Source: the human T2T-CHM13v2.0 reference genome, Homo sapiens
NCBI RefSeq assembly: GCF_009914755.1
Contig: NC_060937.1
Reading direction: 5' to 3' (one strand)
Length of the DNA: 64,000 bases
Below are positions 1-12,387 of the stretch, one piece after another (the first letter of the stretch is position 1; each line of letters opens with the position of its first letter). The position numbers and the translations under genes are program-made. A model generated the notes under the pieces. It saw only the letters and a list, made by a program, of their open reading frames with translations. It was not told where the DNA came from and made no database searches.

Positions 1-21
1 ATGAAGTGGAAAAGAACATAC

Positions 22-80
22 CTGAAGAGGTAAGAGTCCTTCAAGTGAGAAAGCCTTCAGCATTTATTATTTGTGATGTG
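22..80 (-). other. Candidate 59-nt internal exon of a minus-strand transcript (non-coding or 5'UTR)
   Basis: Minus strand reads gctaagtgcaaatacattctcttctccAG|CACATC...CTTCAG|GTATGT: branch-like ctaag, pyrimidine tract, CAG acceptor, CAG|GTATGT donor. All three through-frames contain stops; an internal ATG gives MLKAFSLEGLLPLQ open into the donor. Confidence 0.4.
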
Positions 81-919
81 CTGGAGAAGAGAATGTATTT
101 GCACTTAGCTTATTTATTTGAGCTTCAGTTAGTAACCGAATCTCATAGGATTTTAGGAAGTATGAAGTAACTATATACATATCAGAAAAAGTAAAATATA
201 ATCAAGTCTAACAAGACTTTGCTAATAATAAAGTCGGCAAAGAGCAATATTTCAAAATATGAGCTCTTCATATGTAACATATAAGGAACCAATGAAATCG
301 CTATTTAATTAACTTATTCATTCCACCAACACTTACTAAATATGTTATGTAAAGAGCATACACCAGATATATTGCAAGGAGTGGTGCCATTATTGATCAT
401 TTATATTCATTGGTTAATTTTGATTAACAATTGTATCAATGGAGGTTAATCTCAAAGAAGGTTAATGGCAGCTACCATCTCTTATAGGCTATTTGGAAAA
501 ATATACAATGAAAGGTAATGAAGCAGCATGGAATTATGACCCTAGTTCCTGTCATTCTACTGACATAGTCATCTTATTGCCAAATTGACAGTCTAATTCA
601 GTGAAATCAGGCCATGAAACATCTTTTGAATAATGTTAGACAATCCTGCATATCAAAGAAGTAGAGGGTGGAAAGAACTCAGTTATAGGAAAGTAGTGAA
701 ATTGGAAAAACAAGCAAGAAAAGGTAATCCCATTATCAAAGAGAAAAGGCACCTAGAAGTTCAATGTAAACCTCTGCCTGCAGGGTCGGGAGGGGTGAAT
801 CAATGACATCAACCACTCACAATGCTCCGTTGTCACATGTATCTCAAACATATGCCAAGAAATAATTCAGTCCCTTTGCATTATTGATATTATTATTCGA
901 AACAACATCAAACCCATAG

Positions 920-1235
<316 letters not shown>

Positions 1236-2011
1236 TGGGTGCTGGTACCTCTTGATTGATGATGCTTCTGCTTGTCTGCATGAAAAACCCTCCATTTCAA
1301 TCATTATGGTTCTCTTCGTAAAACCGATTATCCTCTGTGGTTTAAGCCAACCAGCTTCTTAGAAGCTATGTCGTCTGAATGTTTTATGGTATTTACTAAT
1401 ATTGTTGTGCTTATAGCTTCCAGCGTAATAATACTTGAACTAGCAGTATCTCAGATAAAATATAAACCACATTTTAGACACACACACTCAAATATTTTGA
1501 AGTAATAATACATTTAGGTGAGCATATTCATTTTGGATTTCATTTAAAAAATTTTAATGAGGAAATCTATTATGAGAAATACATGTTCATCTACAATCAA
1601 TACCAATCATGATGATGGGACTACGTGGGGCTGGAGAAAGGCACTTTTGGGCAGGCATTCTCTCTCTGAGCATAAGGAAGTTTCATTATGTCAGTCTTGT
1701 GATAAAGAGAGTGTCAGGATCATTTCTCATGCTGGGGGACGTGCAACACCTGCAGCATAATTAGGTACTCAAAATCTGTTTGTATTTTAAAAGTGCTTTA
1801 TATAACTGTTATTATGCATCAGGGGACGCCTTCGGCTCAGCTGCTAACCTTTTCATAGCTGAGTTCAAGAGAGCAGGGTAAGGAGTCCACAGGAGATTCA
1901 AAGTGGGTGAGGAATTTGGAGGAAGGCTGGTTTATCGAGAGAAAGCAGCACCCCACACCCATGAACATTTATATTTTTATCCCTGGTGTTAAATCAATTC
2001 CCCTCTCTCCA

Positions 2012-2178
2012 CCCTGACTCAGGGAGCAGAGATCATTAAGAACACATTTAAGTGCTTAATTGGGTTTTGAAGGAGGTTTCTCCATTAACATTAATTAAAG
2101 TCTCCCTGGGCTCATGAAAGCTCATTTGCCAGGTAGGGGTTTCCCAGGTTCACTCCTCTTTCCATTGCTGCCTCAGCA
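2012..2178. promoter_or_regulatory. Candidate inducible enhancer motif cluster (AP-1, NF-kB, MARE-like)
   Basis: TGACTCA at 2015-2021 inside palindrome CCCTGACTCAGGG; GGGGTTTCCC at 2136-2145; TGCTGcctCAGCA at 2166-2178. Motif evidence only. Confidence 0.3.
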
Positions 2179-2488
2179 GAACTATTTTTCTTGCCTGGAT
2201 TCCATAGGAAGCTTCCAGTGCAAGAGGTAAGAAAAACAGGGTAAAGTGAAGGGACACCATTGCATTCTGCGATGGAAGATTGGGCCAAGTAGAGAGAAGT
2301 CCTGTTGCATATGATTTTACCCTTGAGGGGAAGGATAATTAGTATTTTGGTGAAATCACGGGTCAGCTACTGCCAGGTGACTATGGGAAAGGCACCCAGA
2401 GATGCCTCATGCGGATTCGGCCTCCTCTCTTTATGGATAGAAACACTTTTGAATGAAAATTAATATTATGTCATGAGTACATTAACTT

Positions 2489-2572
2489 TATTAAGTTGAG
2501 CCATATGAAATTTCTGATATGCAACCATTTTTGGTCCATAAAAATGGCAATTTCATATGGTTTAATCTAGTA
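2489..2572. mobile_element. MADE2 mariner-derived MITE
   Basis: ~84-bp near-palindrome tattaagttgagccatatgaaatt...aatttcatatggtttaatctagta matching MADE2 terminal inverted repeats. Confidence 0.85.
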
Positions 2573-3094
2573 AACTAGAAATTCTAGATTTTAAACAGGA
2601 AGAAAAAAATGTATTCTACTCATAAAAGGTAGGGCACCTTTATTTTTCTCTCCCTCATCTCTATACTCCCTTAAATTTCAAAAGTAACTCTATATCTATG
2701 CATAGGAGCTAAAAGCATAGAATAAGGTCAGCATTATCTGTGGTTGCATGTTGAAGTGAAAAAGCCTATATTGATTGTGAATATATTGACGTTGTATTTA
2801 TCTCCATCCATCCTCATTATTATTATTATTATTTTTATTTTGCCTTTCAAGATGTAAGAAATAGAATTATGGGGGGAAAATTACAAACTTCAAGATAATA
2901 AATAAAGATAATAAAAATTTATTACTTGCCTAGTAGGTATTGTGAGAAATACGAAGAAGATGTGCCAAGAGAAAATAGAAGCACAGAAAGCACTAAAGAA
3001 AGAGGAAGAGAGAGAAGAGAAGATAGCTGGGCCAGGAAGAGATAACACGAACGACTGGGGACACTTTGATAAACATTGAAAAAAGCAGTGTTAA

Positions 3095-3416
<322 letters not shown>

Positions 3417-3801
3417 GGCAGCTATAGCTGTGGTTCTAGATACAAGCGCTTATAATTTACCAAAGGAAAGTAAGTAGAATTTGCTTTGAAATGAAAAATT
3501 GGCAAATATAGGTTTTGTAAAAATATTTACCCCACTGGAGTAAAGATGGGAATAGAAGAAAGATGTTCATGTGAGACAAAAACTTTTAAATAAAAAACTT
3601 CGTATTTCCTCAGTTATTTGCATATTTTTGCCAGTTTTATCTCAAATATCTTTTACAATATTAATGATTTTAAACATTATATAGGTATAATTTATTGGAC
3701 AGTGGAGCCTTCAGATCGTGGTTCTCTTCATGGTTTATAATACTGGTATATTTCCCCCAACCCGTGCTGTGAATAATTGTAACTATTTGAAGTTGCATTA
3801 C

Positions 3802-3947
3802 CTTCAGACTAGGAAAAAAACGTCTTTACATGGAAGAGTTTCACACAACAAATCTATGTCCCATATTTTTCACCTCTCGAATTTCAGCATCTCTATGAAC
3901 CAACTACATTTTGGTTTTACTAGCAGCTCTTCTTCAAGGTCTTCTGA
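3802..3947 (-). other. Candidate 146-nt internal non-coding exon, minus strand
   Basis: Minus strand gcttttttgtatattacAG|TCAGAAGACCTTGAAGAAGAG...CTGAAG|GTAATG; purine-rich ESE-like GAAGAAGAG; stops in all three frames. Confidence 0.3.
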
Positions 3948-5109
3948 CTGTAATATACAAAAAAGCTATTTTTGAGCTACGCAAAAAATTATCTTTTTCC
4001 TTGATGGAGAACTATTAATTGTTTTGTGACTTGGAATATCAAAACTGATTTGCGCATTTGAAATTAGCAACCCTGGCAGGGCCACAGAATATGGCATGAA
4101 GTTAAAGGGGAAGGAGAACTGAAAATGCTAGTTGCCCTTTAGAAACCTTTTAAATCTTCTGCTGGTCGGACGACTGTAGATAGCTTCCCTAGGAGCAGGA
4201 AAGTTTTGATGTTTCATCTCATAAGAAAGTAGTCCAGCATTTTTAAGCACTTCTAATCTATTTCTTTTTATTTTCTAAAAATAGAGTTGAAAATGGCTGA
4301 GTGTCAAAGACATGGAATTACTATGAAAGTTAGGGCACTTCTAATAAGCAAGCCTTGACCAAGCACTTGCATCTATATTTAAACATTAACAAGGCAGGTC
4401 TGGGAAGAATGGAGAGACGATATGTACGTCAATCCTGCAAATGACAGCAATTTCCTCCTTTGCAGTCGCCATTACGTAAGCGCTCTGAAACAAAGCCAAG
4501 GTAATTAGGTAGGTAAGGGCATGCCCTGTTATTCCTACCCTGGATGCCTGGCATCTACATTAGAGGATGTACAAATGGGAAGTTCAAAATCAGGGGAACA
4601 ATGGAGCGAACCGGTAAGACTATCTGATAAAGGGGAGTCTGTTCCAGGATGGAGAGGGTCGCGGTCACTAGAAATCATCTTGGAGGTTATAGAAAACACT
4701 AGAGATTTCCATTATGAGCGAACTGAGAAAAGATGATGCAGTATTAACAGATTCCTCCTATCTCTAAGATTCGATGTTGATTCTCCTTAACCAACTGACC
4801 TAGAAATCAATTAAATACATTATCCTAATCACAAATCATCTTAGCCAATCCTTTAAGAACTGTCACAAAGGAGCTCTTCTTCACAATAGCTACGAATCAG
4901 CCCAAGTTGCTAAATATGTACTTAGAATTTCCGATATCACATTATTTTAATAATATTTCTTGCTTCATCGGTGATCTAGGCTGAAATGATGAGGCACTTG
5001 CTTGGGCTGGATGCGGAAGACTCAGAAACAGGGAGCTAAAATTCCATGCTAAGAGATTCTGTGCACAGTTCCTGGACAATTAATAAAGCAAAAGATAAAA
5101 AGAGCCTGC

Positions 5110-5370
5110 AATTTTTTTCGAGCACTCACTCTTTTTCAGTGATTGTTCCAGAAGCTTCATATGTTGTGCTCCTACCACATTCCAGATAATTCCATGCAGT
5201 AGGCAGTGTTGCTTTCCCCATCTTTATGGATACACGAACTGAGACTCAGAGAAGCCAAAACACTTGCCTATGGTTACACAGGTAGTTAGTGTCAGTTGCT
5301 AGTTGCAAGATTGGATCCAAACGGACCACCTTCAGTCCCCATATTCTTTTCTGACCGGCTGTACTGCTTC
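5110..5370 (-). mobile_element. MIR SINE (degenerate)
   Basis: ccccatctttatggatacacgaactgagactcagagaag...cacttgcctatggttacacag is the antisense MIR core. Confidence 0.7.
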
Positions 5371-6749
5371 TCTTTCTGGGAAGTGTTTTGGGTTGAAGGG
5401 GAAGCTTTTAATTCTATGCATTTAAGAACTGACATAAAACAACTAAAACAGTTAAGTTGAAAAGGGATCTGCTTTAATTATGTATTTTGAAAAAGTACAA
5501 ACATAAACACAGAGATATCTCCCCAAGTCATAATTTGAACACTCATATCAGAAAAATTCCATATACCAGCAAGAAATTTGGAAATACAGGTACAGGAGAA
5601 GGTGAGACACATGATAACACAACCAAAGGACCATAGCAAGGCAGTTTTCTCAGTCATCGATCAGTAGTGGTATCATCTTTTTTCAGTGAGAAAAGATTAC
5701 AAGTTAAAACAAGAAGCATTTGTACTCCACTGTGTATGAAAACATAAACTAGCCATTTAGTAGAATGCATGAAGGTATCACGTTCCATAGTGTGGACTCA
5801 ATAATTCTTTATCCATCTTAATCTTCATAAAATCTTGACTTCAAGGACCTCTTTGGGTATTGAAATAAATATCTAAGTGGAAAACACCCCCAACAGGCAA
5901 TTGCAGCCAAGATTTTGGGGGAAAAAGAGGAAAAAAATATATGTAAGTGATTTGCTTACAGAGTTGCAAAGGCTGATTTCTATCTGGCTCTGCTACATGT
6001 TACATAAGCAGATCCCAGGCAGGAAGAGCAGAGCAACAATCAATACTGTACTAGCTAAACTGAATTCAGTGCCTGAACAACTACATTTACCACACAATGC
6101 CACAGCGAGAGCGTGAGGGAGAGAGGAAAAGCTTAAAATACATACATACAGAGTGCTTTTTAGTTACATCACTGATCAAATAATAAAGTCAGCAGTTATA
6201 GATGATATGACATGATTATTACACCATGCAAGCTTATTCTATTACTACATTGTTTTTATGACATTGTTATTTGAATTATTACATTACTGTACAATTTATA
6301 GGAGAAACAGAACAGCAGTAGAACTGCAGAAGTATCTTGCTGAAAAACCTTGGATTTTCCAGTAGTTCATATTAACTGTGGTTTCCATATCCAGAGTTTC
6401 GAATGAGAAATTAAATACTAGGGCCAGTGTTATATTCTAAACTCCAGCACAATTAAATAGAGGTTTCTGTATGCTCTGTTTTTAAAGAGTGATGAATTGA
6501 CATGCTCTTTCAAACGTTCTCTGTCTTTCCTTCCTATATTTTTAAATAAGGCAAATGTGCACCTTGTTGGAATCAAGTGGAAAGGGCAACTTTCCCCGGG
6601 GCTTAGGTGAGCCCCTCTTTCACCAGGGAGATGCTCGGTGACTTTGCCTGCTTTCCCCAGGCACAAGACAACAACCTGCACAGCAGATTCTGTGACAAAC
6701 AGTGACCTGATTATCCTTTCATGAAGGGATACGTGTCCTTGAGGTGGCA

Positions 6750-6990
6750 GGATTTTGTGTTCTCTGCTTTAATGAGGATGCCATTTTTATAAACATCAAA
6801 GACAGGCGGGACAGCCAGCCCCGGCAGGGCTTCGAGGGTCCGCCCAGCACTGCCTGTCAGCCGGCCCTGAGCTCAGCAGTTACTGGGTCATGTGAAAAAG
6901 AAACAGAAGAACCTCCGAGATCATCTGCTCTCCCTCACCAAAGGTTATCTGGCTTTGCTAAGTCAGGGATGGCAAGTGACGTCCCCCAAG
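6750..6990 (-). promoter_or_regulatory. Candidate TATA-containing promoter (or enhancer) facing left
   Basis: TATAAAAA on minus at 6784-6791; TCF/LEF ACATCAAAG 6793-6801; GC boxes GGCGGG 6805-6810 and CCGCCC 6840-6845; GATA site 6945-6950; ARE TGACTTAGCA (minus) 6956-6965; CRE-like TGACGTC 6977-6983; local GC and CpG rise in non-repeat DNA. Confidence 0.45.
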
Positions 6991-7705
6991 TCCTTGCTAC
7001 TGTATCCAGCATAAGCTTAGAAAAAAAAACCAAAACAAACAAAACAAAAAACCAAGAGCATTTTCAGCTCTTCTCCTTTGCTTTAAGAATTTTAAATGCC
7101 TTCCAATATGGTTATACTTAAGAACTGGCCTATGACATCTCTATTTTTGGTAATGACAGTTTGACTGATTGACACACAGAATCCCTTCCTAACATTTCAG
7201 GCAGACTTGATGACATGAAAATCCTCATGTTCTGCTTTCTTGAATGCTAACGAGCCACAGTACAGCTCCCATGCCCCACCGCCTCTCCACTTCCTTCAGC
7301 TTAATGATTCTCATCTCAGATTCATCCCCATTTAGCCTTCCTTTGGATAGGAAAGCCTGAAAATATCCATCATGCCCACGTTTTAGCTTTTACATTCTTT
7401 TTCTGTATAATTCTGCTTTTAATTACTTCATTGACAAATGCACCACAACACCATTCATCGTTGTATAACTTATTAGAAATCTTAGTAGAAATCCATAAAA
7501 CAAGTAATATTTATGATCAGAATGCACTGTCTTCCTATTATTCAAGTTATCCCAGAAAGGAAATAGTTAATTATTATGTATGTGCTAATAATTGCCTCTA
7601 TTGAAAATTTCTGCTGCCCAAACAGCAACATAAAAATAATCCAGGTTTGTCAACACCTACTTTTCTTTTTTTTTAAAAAAAGCCATTGCATCCAAATGCA
7701 ATGTA

Positions 7706-8042
7706 CAGTTATCCCTTGATATACACAGGGGATCAGTTTCAGGACACTGAAAGGATACCAAAATCCATGAATACTCAATTCCTGTCCATGAAATTGGGGT
7801 AGTATTCACATATAACCCATGCACATCCTCCCATATACTTTAAATCACCTCTGAATTACTCATAATACTAAAAACAAAGTAAGTTCTATGCAAATAGTTT
7901 ACTGTGTTGTTTAAAGAATAATGACAAGAGAAAAGTCCGTACATGTTCAGTATGAATGCAGTCATCCATTTTTAAAAATACTTTCAATCTGTAGTCCATT
8001 GAATCCACAGATTTGGAACCCATCGATACAGAGGGCTGTCTG
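7706..8042 (+). mobile_element. MER2 (TcMar-Tigger non-autonomous DNA transposon)
   Basis: cagttatcccttgatata...atacagagggctgtctg termini; internal catataacccatgcacatcctcccatatactttaaatca. Confidence 0.9.
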
Positions 8043-8963
8043 TCATTTGTTTGCCTGTGTGATTCAAAGAAACACCATTTTCAGGAACACTTTCCATCAA
8101 GCATTTTCTAAAGAGTTATGACAGAATTACACGAAATCACAAATGGTGGTGATTGATATGATTCCAGTCATTCCATTAGTGTTTAGTGTGGGTTTACTAG
8201 ATGAAAGGCATTGTGTTTCTACTATCATCTCCCATGTTTTGGGGACATGTTAAGGCATTTTCTTCACTTGTAAACACTATTGTAGAACGTGAAGTCATTT
8301 TACAGAGGAAAGAATACTCCAAAAGAATAGCACAAATGTCATAGATGAGTTCAGTCCCTCACTGTCTCCTAATAGTGCCTAGGAGCAATCTGCAGCAGGA
8401 ATGCACCCACTTCTGACTTCTGTCCCTGCTTGAGATAGTAGGAAAGGCTGGCGTAGGCAGACTGCGGTCCCTATGGCCTGCTATTGTTGGTTGCTCTCTA
8501 GCTTGTGCTGGAGCTTGTAGGTCACAACATTCTGTCTCAGACATGCTGTCTGCAAAAAGGACACAGAGGATGCTTACTGGATGGGGATAAAGGACCAGCA
8601 AAGTACCAAAATTTCTCAGGCTTTCAAAGCAGGGAGCCTCAATCTCCCCTATAGAGGAGTAACTTTCAAATGTTCCAGAGTAGCTGCATTTGGCTGGAAA
8701 GTCACTCTCTTCGGACACTGTGCAAGGCTCCTTTTGGGATAAAAAATAGGAGCATGGTTTCTTTCCCTGGCACAGTCCAGAGACAGCAGATCTCTAGACT
8801 CCCAAATCAGAAGAGTCCCCAGAGCGCATAATAATTCCAATTTGAAAACTAGAAAACAAATGTAAAGAGATGTGTTTCTTAATGCTAGACATCAAATTAG
8901 TATCAAATCCATGGAATAGAAACTGTGAATCTCATCTCCCTGTTTGGTAGCTTAATTATGGCA

Positions 8964-8986
8964 CTATCTATCTATCCATCTGTCTG

Positions 8987-9040
<54 letters not shown>

Positions 9041-9045
9041 ATCTA
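8964..9045. repeat. Compound tetranucleotide STR (TCTA)2 TCCA (TCTG)2 (TCTA)13 TCA TCTA
   Basis: Counted directly; 13 perfect TCTA units at 8987-9038. Confidence 0.97.
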
Positions 9046-9385
9046 CAGTCATCCCTCCATATCTGTGAATTCTGCATCCATGGATTCAAGCAACCTCAAA
9101 TAAAAAATATTTGGAAAAAAAGGATGTTTTTGTCTGTACTGAACATGTAGACTTTTTTCCTTGTCATTATTCCCTAAACAACATAGCATAATAACTATTT
9201 TACATAGCACTTACATCATATTGAGTATTATAAGTAACCTGGAGGTGATTTAAAGTATACAGGAGGATGTATGTAGGTTATATGGAAATATTACACCATT
9301 TTATATCAGGGAACTGCACATCTTTGGATTTTGGTATCCTTGAGGGGTCCTGAATCAATCCCACACAGATACCAAGGGAAAACTG
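9046..9385 (-). mobile_element. MER2
   Basis: Reverse-complement MER2 with CAG...CTG ends and TA on both flanks. Confidence 0.9.
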
Positions 9386-9717
9386 TATGTGGTTTTTTTT
9401 TTTTTCTGTTTTTGATTATAGGGCATTATGATAAACACAGACAAAATACGTAATTTATATATCATAAATAATTTAGACTAGAAACTTAATTATTTTGAAA
9501 TTACTGAACTAGAAATATATAATGAGAAAGGCTGGATGGAGAAAGTATGAAGAAAGTTAAACTATGTCAATAGTTAGTTCTAAAACATATATTTAGAATA
9601 TAATAACGTAGAACATTAAAGAACTAAGTATGAAGAAAAGCAAAAAAATCAGAAGTATGCAGTGTCTTGCCTCCTAATTTTGTTGTACTTATCTCACTTA
9701 TAACCCAAAAACGTATA

Positions 9718-10065
9718 TAGCTGTCCCTTGGCATCCTCAAGGGACTGGTCCCAGGCCACCCCTTGGAAACCCAGATCCACAGATGCTTAAGCTTCCCATA
9801 TAAAATGGGGTAGCATTTGCATATAACCTAAGTACATCTTTCTGTATACATTAAATCATCTCTAGATTATTTATAATACCTAATACAATGTAAATGCTAT
9901 GTCATTAGATGTTACACTATATTGTTTAGGGAATAATGACAAGAAAAATGCCTGTACATGTTCAGCACAAATGCAACCATCGTAGGCCTGACTACATAGT
10001 ACACATCAGCAACAAGATTTTCCATCCACAGTTGAATTCAAAGATGGATGCAGAGGGACAACTTT
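9718..10065 (+). mobile_element. MER2-family element
   Basis: Contains taaatcatctctagattatttataatacctaatacaatgtaaatgctat and tgtttagggaataatgacaagaaaa; carries an extra cgtaggcctgactacatagtacac segment absent from the two neighbouring copies. Confidence 0.85.
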
Positions 10066-10159
10066 GTATCATTAATATATAATAATCCACAGGATTAATA
10101 TTATATGCATATATGTATATTGGGTGAAAAGAGCAGTGAGTCAATTGGACACATTGGTT

Positions 10160-10230
10160 TATTAAACATCAATCTCTCTCACTCAGGAGAGATATATTCC
10201 CTATCTCAGCAGAGAGATTGGTGTTTAATA
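10160..10230. repeat. 71-nt inverted repeat / hairpin
   Basis: Arms tattaaacatcaatctctct (10160-10179) and agagagattggtgtttaata (10211-10230) pair at 19/20; inner gagata/tatctc stem. Confidence 0.9.
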
Positions 10231-10779
10231 TACACATCCTGGAGCCATTAACATACACACTAGAAGATAGAGTGTATGTGTATACCTGTGTGTGTGTAAA
10301 ATCTCCCATAAGGGACACATAAACCATGATGATGAAGAAATTTGTTATCTCGAATCCAGAGGTCTATAAAATGTACAAGCTAACCGTTTAAAATAAGGCT
10401 CAGTTTTTAGGATGGAGCTAAACTACCTACAAGAAGGGCTTTGCCTGTTAAGCAGATATGACTTGTTGCAGGGGTCAAATCCATATAACATAGAGCCAGC
10501 ATGGTGCAGCACAACCCATGGAGGGTGTGAAATCACTGCTCACCCAGCATGGGGTCTTAGACAAATCATTTAAATTCTGAGCCCTCATCTTCCTCTCAGA
10601 ATTAGAGGAAGGGCACTTTGAATGGCATCCAATCAGTAAATGCTGTTTGCAAGGTGAGAAGGACATGAGTAGCACGGCTTTTTGTTAAGATGGGTGGATG
10701 GAGTATTAGTCAGGCAAGGAGTCAGGTCAGGTAAATGCAGCTCTGCCGGGCCCTCTGCTGACTGGGGATGGCTCCTGCC

Positions 10780-11450
10780 ATCAAGGAGCTCTCAGTCCAC
10801 TGAAGAGTGTGACAAAGACAGTACCCATTTAATCGAAGGTAAAAATCTGTGGGAGCACATGCGGCCAGGACAGGGCAAGTTCAAGATGCCTCATCTGAGC
10901 TGAATCAAGGATGATGAGTAGGTGTTAGCCTAGGAAATTAAGAAGAAAAGGGCTTTCCAGGCAGACAGTACAAAAGCAACAAGGAAAAGTCACAGGAAAA
11001 TGTGCTTTTGAGTAGGCTGATAATATCAAATAACTAACTGTTCTTGTAAATTGCAGGGCAGGCAGCAGGTTCTATGAAACCCAACGGTGAGGTCATGGAA
11101 ATAGGGCCTTTTAAGTCATTCCAAGAAACTTGGACTTAGCTTGACTTTGAAGAGGAGTCACAGAATAATACAGGATTTTTAAAAAGGGGGACCGTTATTC
11201 AGAGATATTTTTTGTTAGATCATTTTAACAGCTGTATGGGGGATGGATTTTAATGGTGCAAGATTATAGAAAGAGAAATAACATGGAAATATTCAAAAAG
11301 AAATATGAAAGCTCAAACTAGGGCAGAAACTTTAAGGATGAAAAGGAGAAGACAGGTGGAATAATTTACAGAAGGTCAAATTAACACAGGACAAAGTGAT
11401 TGATTGAATGTGAAAGATGAAGAAAAAAAAGGAATTTTTAGATTGAATAA
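10780..11450 (-). mobile_element. L2 LINE fragment
   Basis: Purine-rich antisense L2 motifs (gagctgaatcaaggatgatgagtagg, ttagatcattttaacagctgtatgg); boundaries approximate. Confidence 0.6.
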
Positions 11451-11900
11451 TGTATCAGTTTCCGAGGGCTGCTGTAATCCAACTGAGTGACTTAAAGCAA
11501 CAGGAATTTATTCTCTCACAGTTATGGATGCTAGAAGGCCAAAACTGAAGCGCCGACAGGCCATGCTCTCTCCAAGGCTCCTGGAGAAGCTAATGTTCGG
11601 TGCCGCTCTCCTGCCTGTGGTGTTGCCGGTCACCCTCAGTGCTCCCTGGTTTGCAGGTGCTTCACGCCAGTCTCTGCCTCTCTGGTCACATGGCCTTCTC
11701 CTATACGTTTGTGTCCTCACATGGCACTTCCCTTTTCTATAAGGACACCAGTCATATTGGATTAGGGCCCATCCTAAAGACATCATTTTAACTTGATTAC
11801 ATCTACAAAGATCCTATTTCCAAACACGGTCACATTCACAAGGACCAAGGGTTAAGACTTCAACCTATCTTTTTGGGAGAAGACAATTCAACCTCCAACA
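11451..11900 (-). mobile_element. MLT1C-like MaLR solo LTR
   Basis: tgtatcagtttcc...aaca ends; ataaggacaccagtcatattggattagggccc diagnostic segment. Confidence 0.88.
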
Positions 11901-12387
11901 AGTATCAAAATTTTAGTTTGGATAAGTTAGTGTTATTTATTGTAAGAAAGTATTAAAACATGGTTTAAAGAGGAAGCCAATTAATGTAGTGGTCTTACTG
12001 GGTGAAAATAGCTTATTGGGTGAAAAGACATAGTGGTCTAGAGCTCAGAAGAGAGACTGGGGATTAAGATGAAAATAGAAACACCACCAACACACCCCAA
12101 AATACGTATTTTCCCAATAGGTATGAAGGGAAAGAAGAACAGCAGCACAGCCTTTGGGAAACAAGCACTTATGAAGCAGGGAGAAAGCCACCTGCTGGAG
12201 AGGGACCATGGGAAGGAATCCACCACAAGGGCATCATGGTGGTCAAAGACACCTGGAGATTTCTAAATTTCTGAATTTTAAGGCTGCATTAAATCAAATC
12301 TGGTAAGAAAGTTAATTTCTGTTGGTAGGAATGTCACTTACAAGTCACACACTTAGAAGTCAAAATGAAGGGTGAATGTAATAATTG

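Noticed and set aside
1-35. Plus-strand exon end (...EVEKNIPEE, GAG|GTAAGA)
   Set aside because: The acceptor would lie outside the window, the peptide is not recognised and there is no downstream coding partner exon; cannot be supported.
6584-6597. NF-kB-like GGGCAACTTTCCCC
   Set aside because: Does not fit GGGRNWYYCC on either strand.
6430-7121. ORFs of 83 aa (-) and 125 aa (+) over the GC-rich patch
   Set aside because: Both start at GTG, resemble no family I know and are expected from locally higher GC.
8964-9045. Identity with a core forensic STR (D3S1358, D8S1179, vWA)
   Set aside because: The repeat type is similar but the flanks do not match those loci as I recall them.
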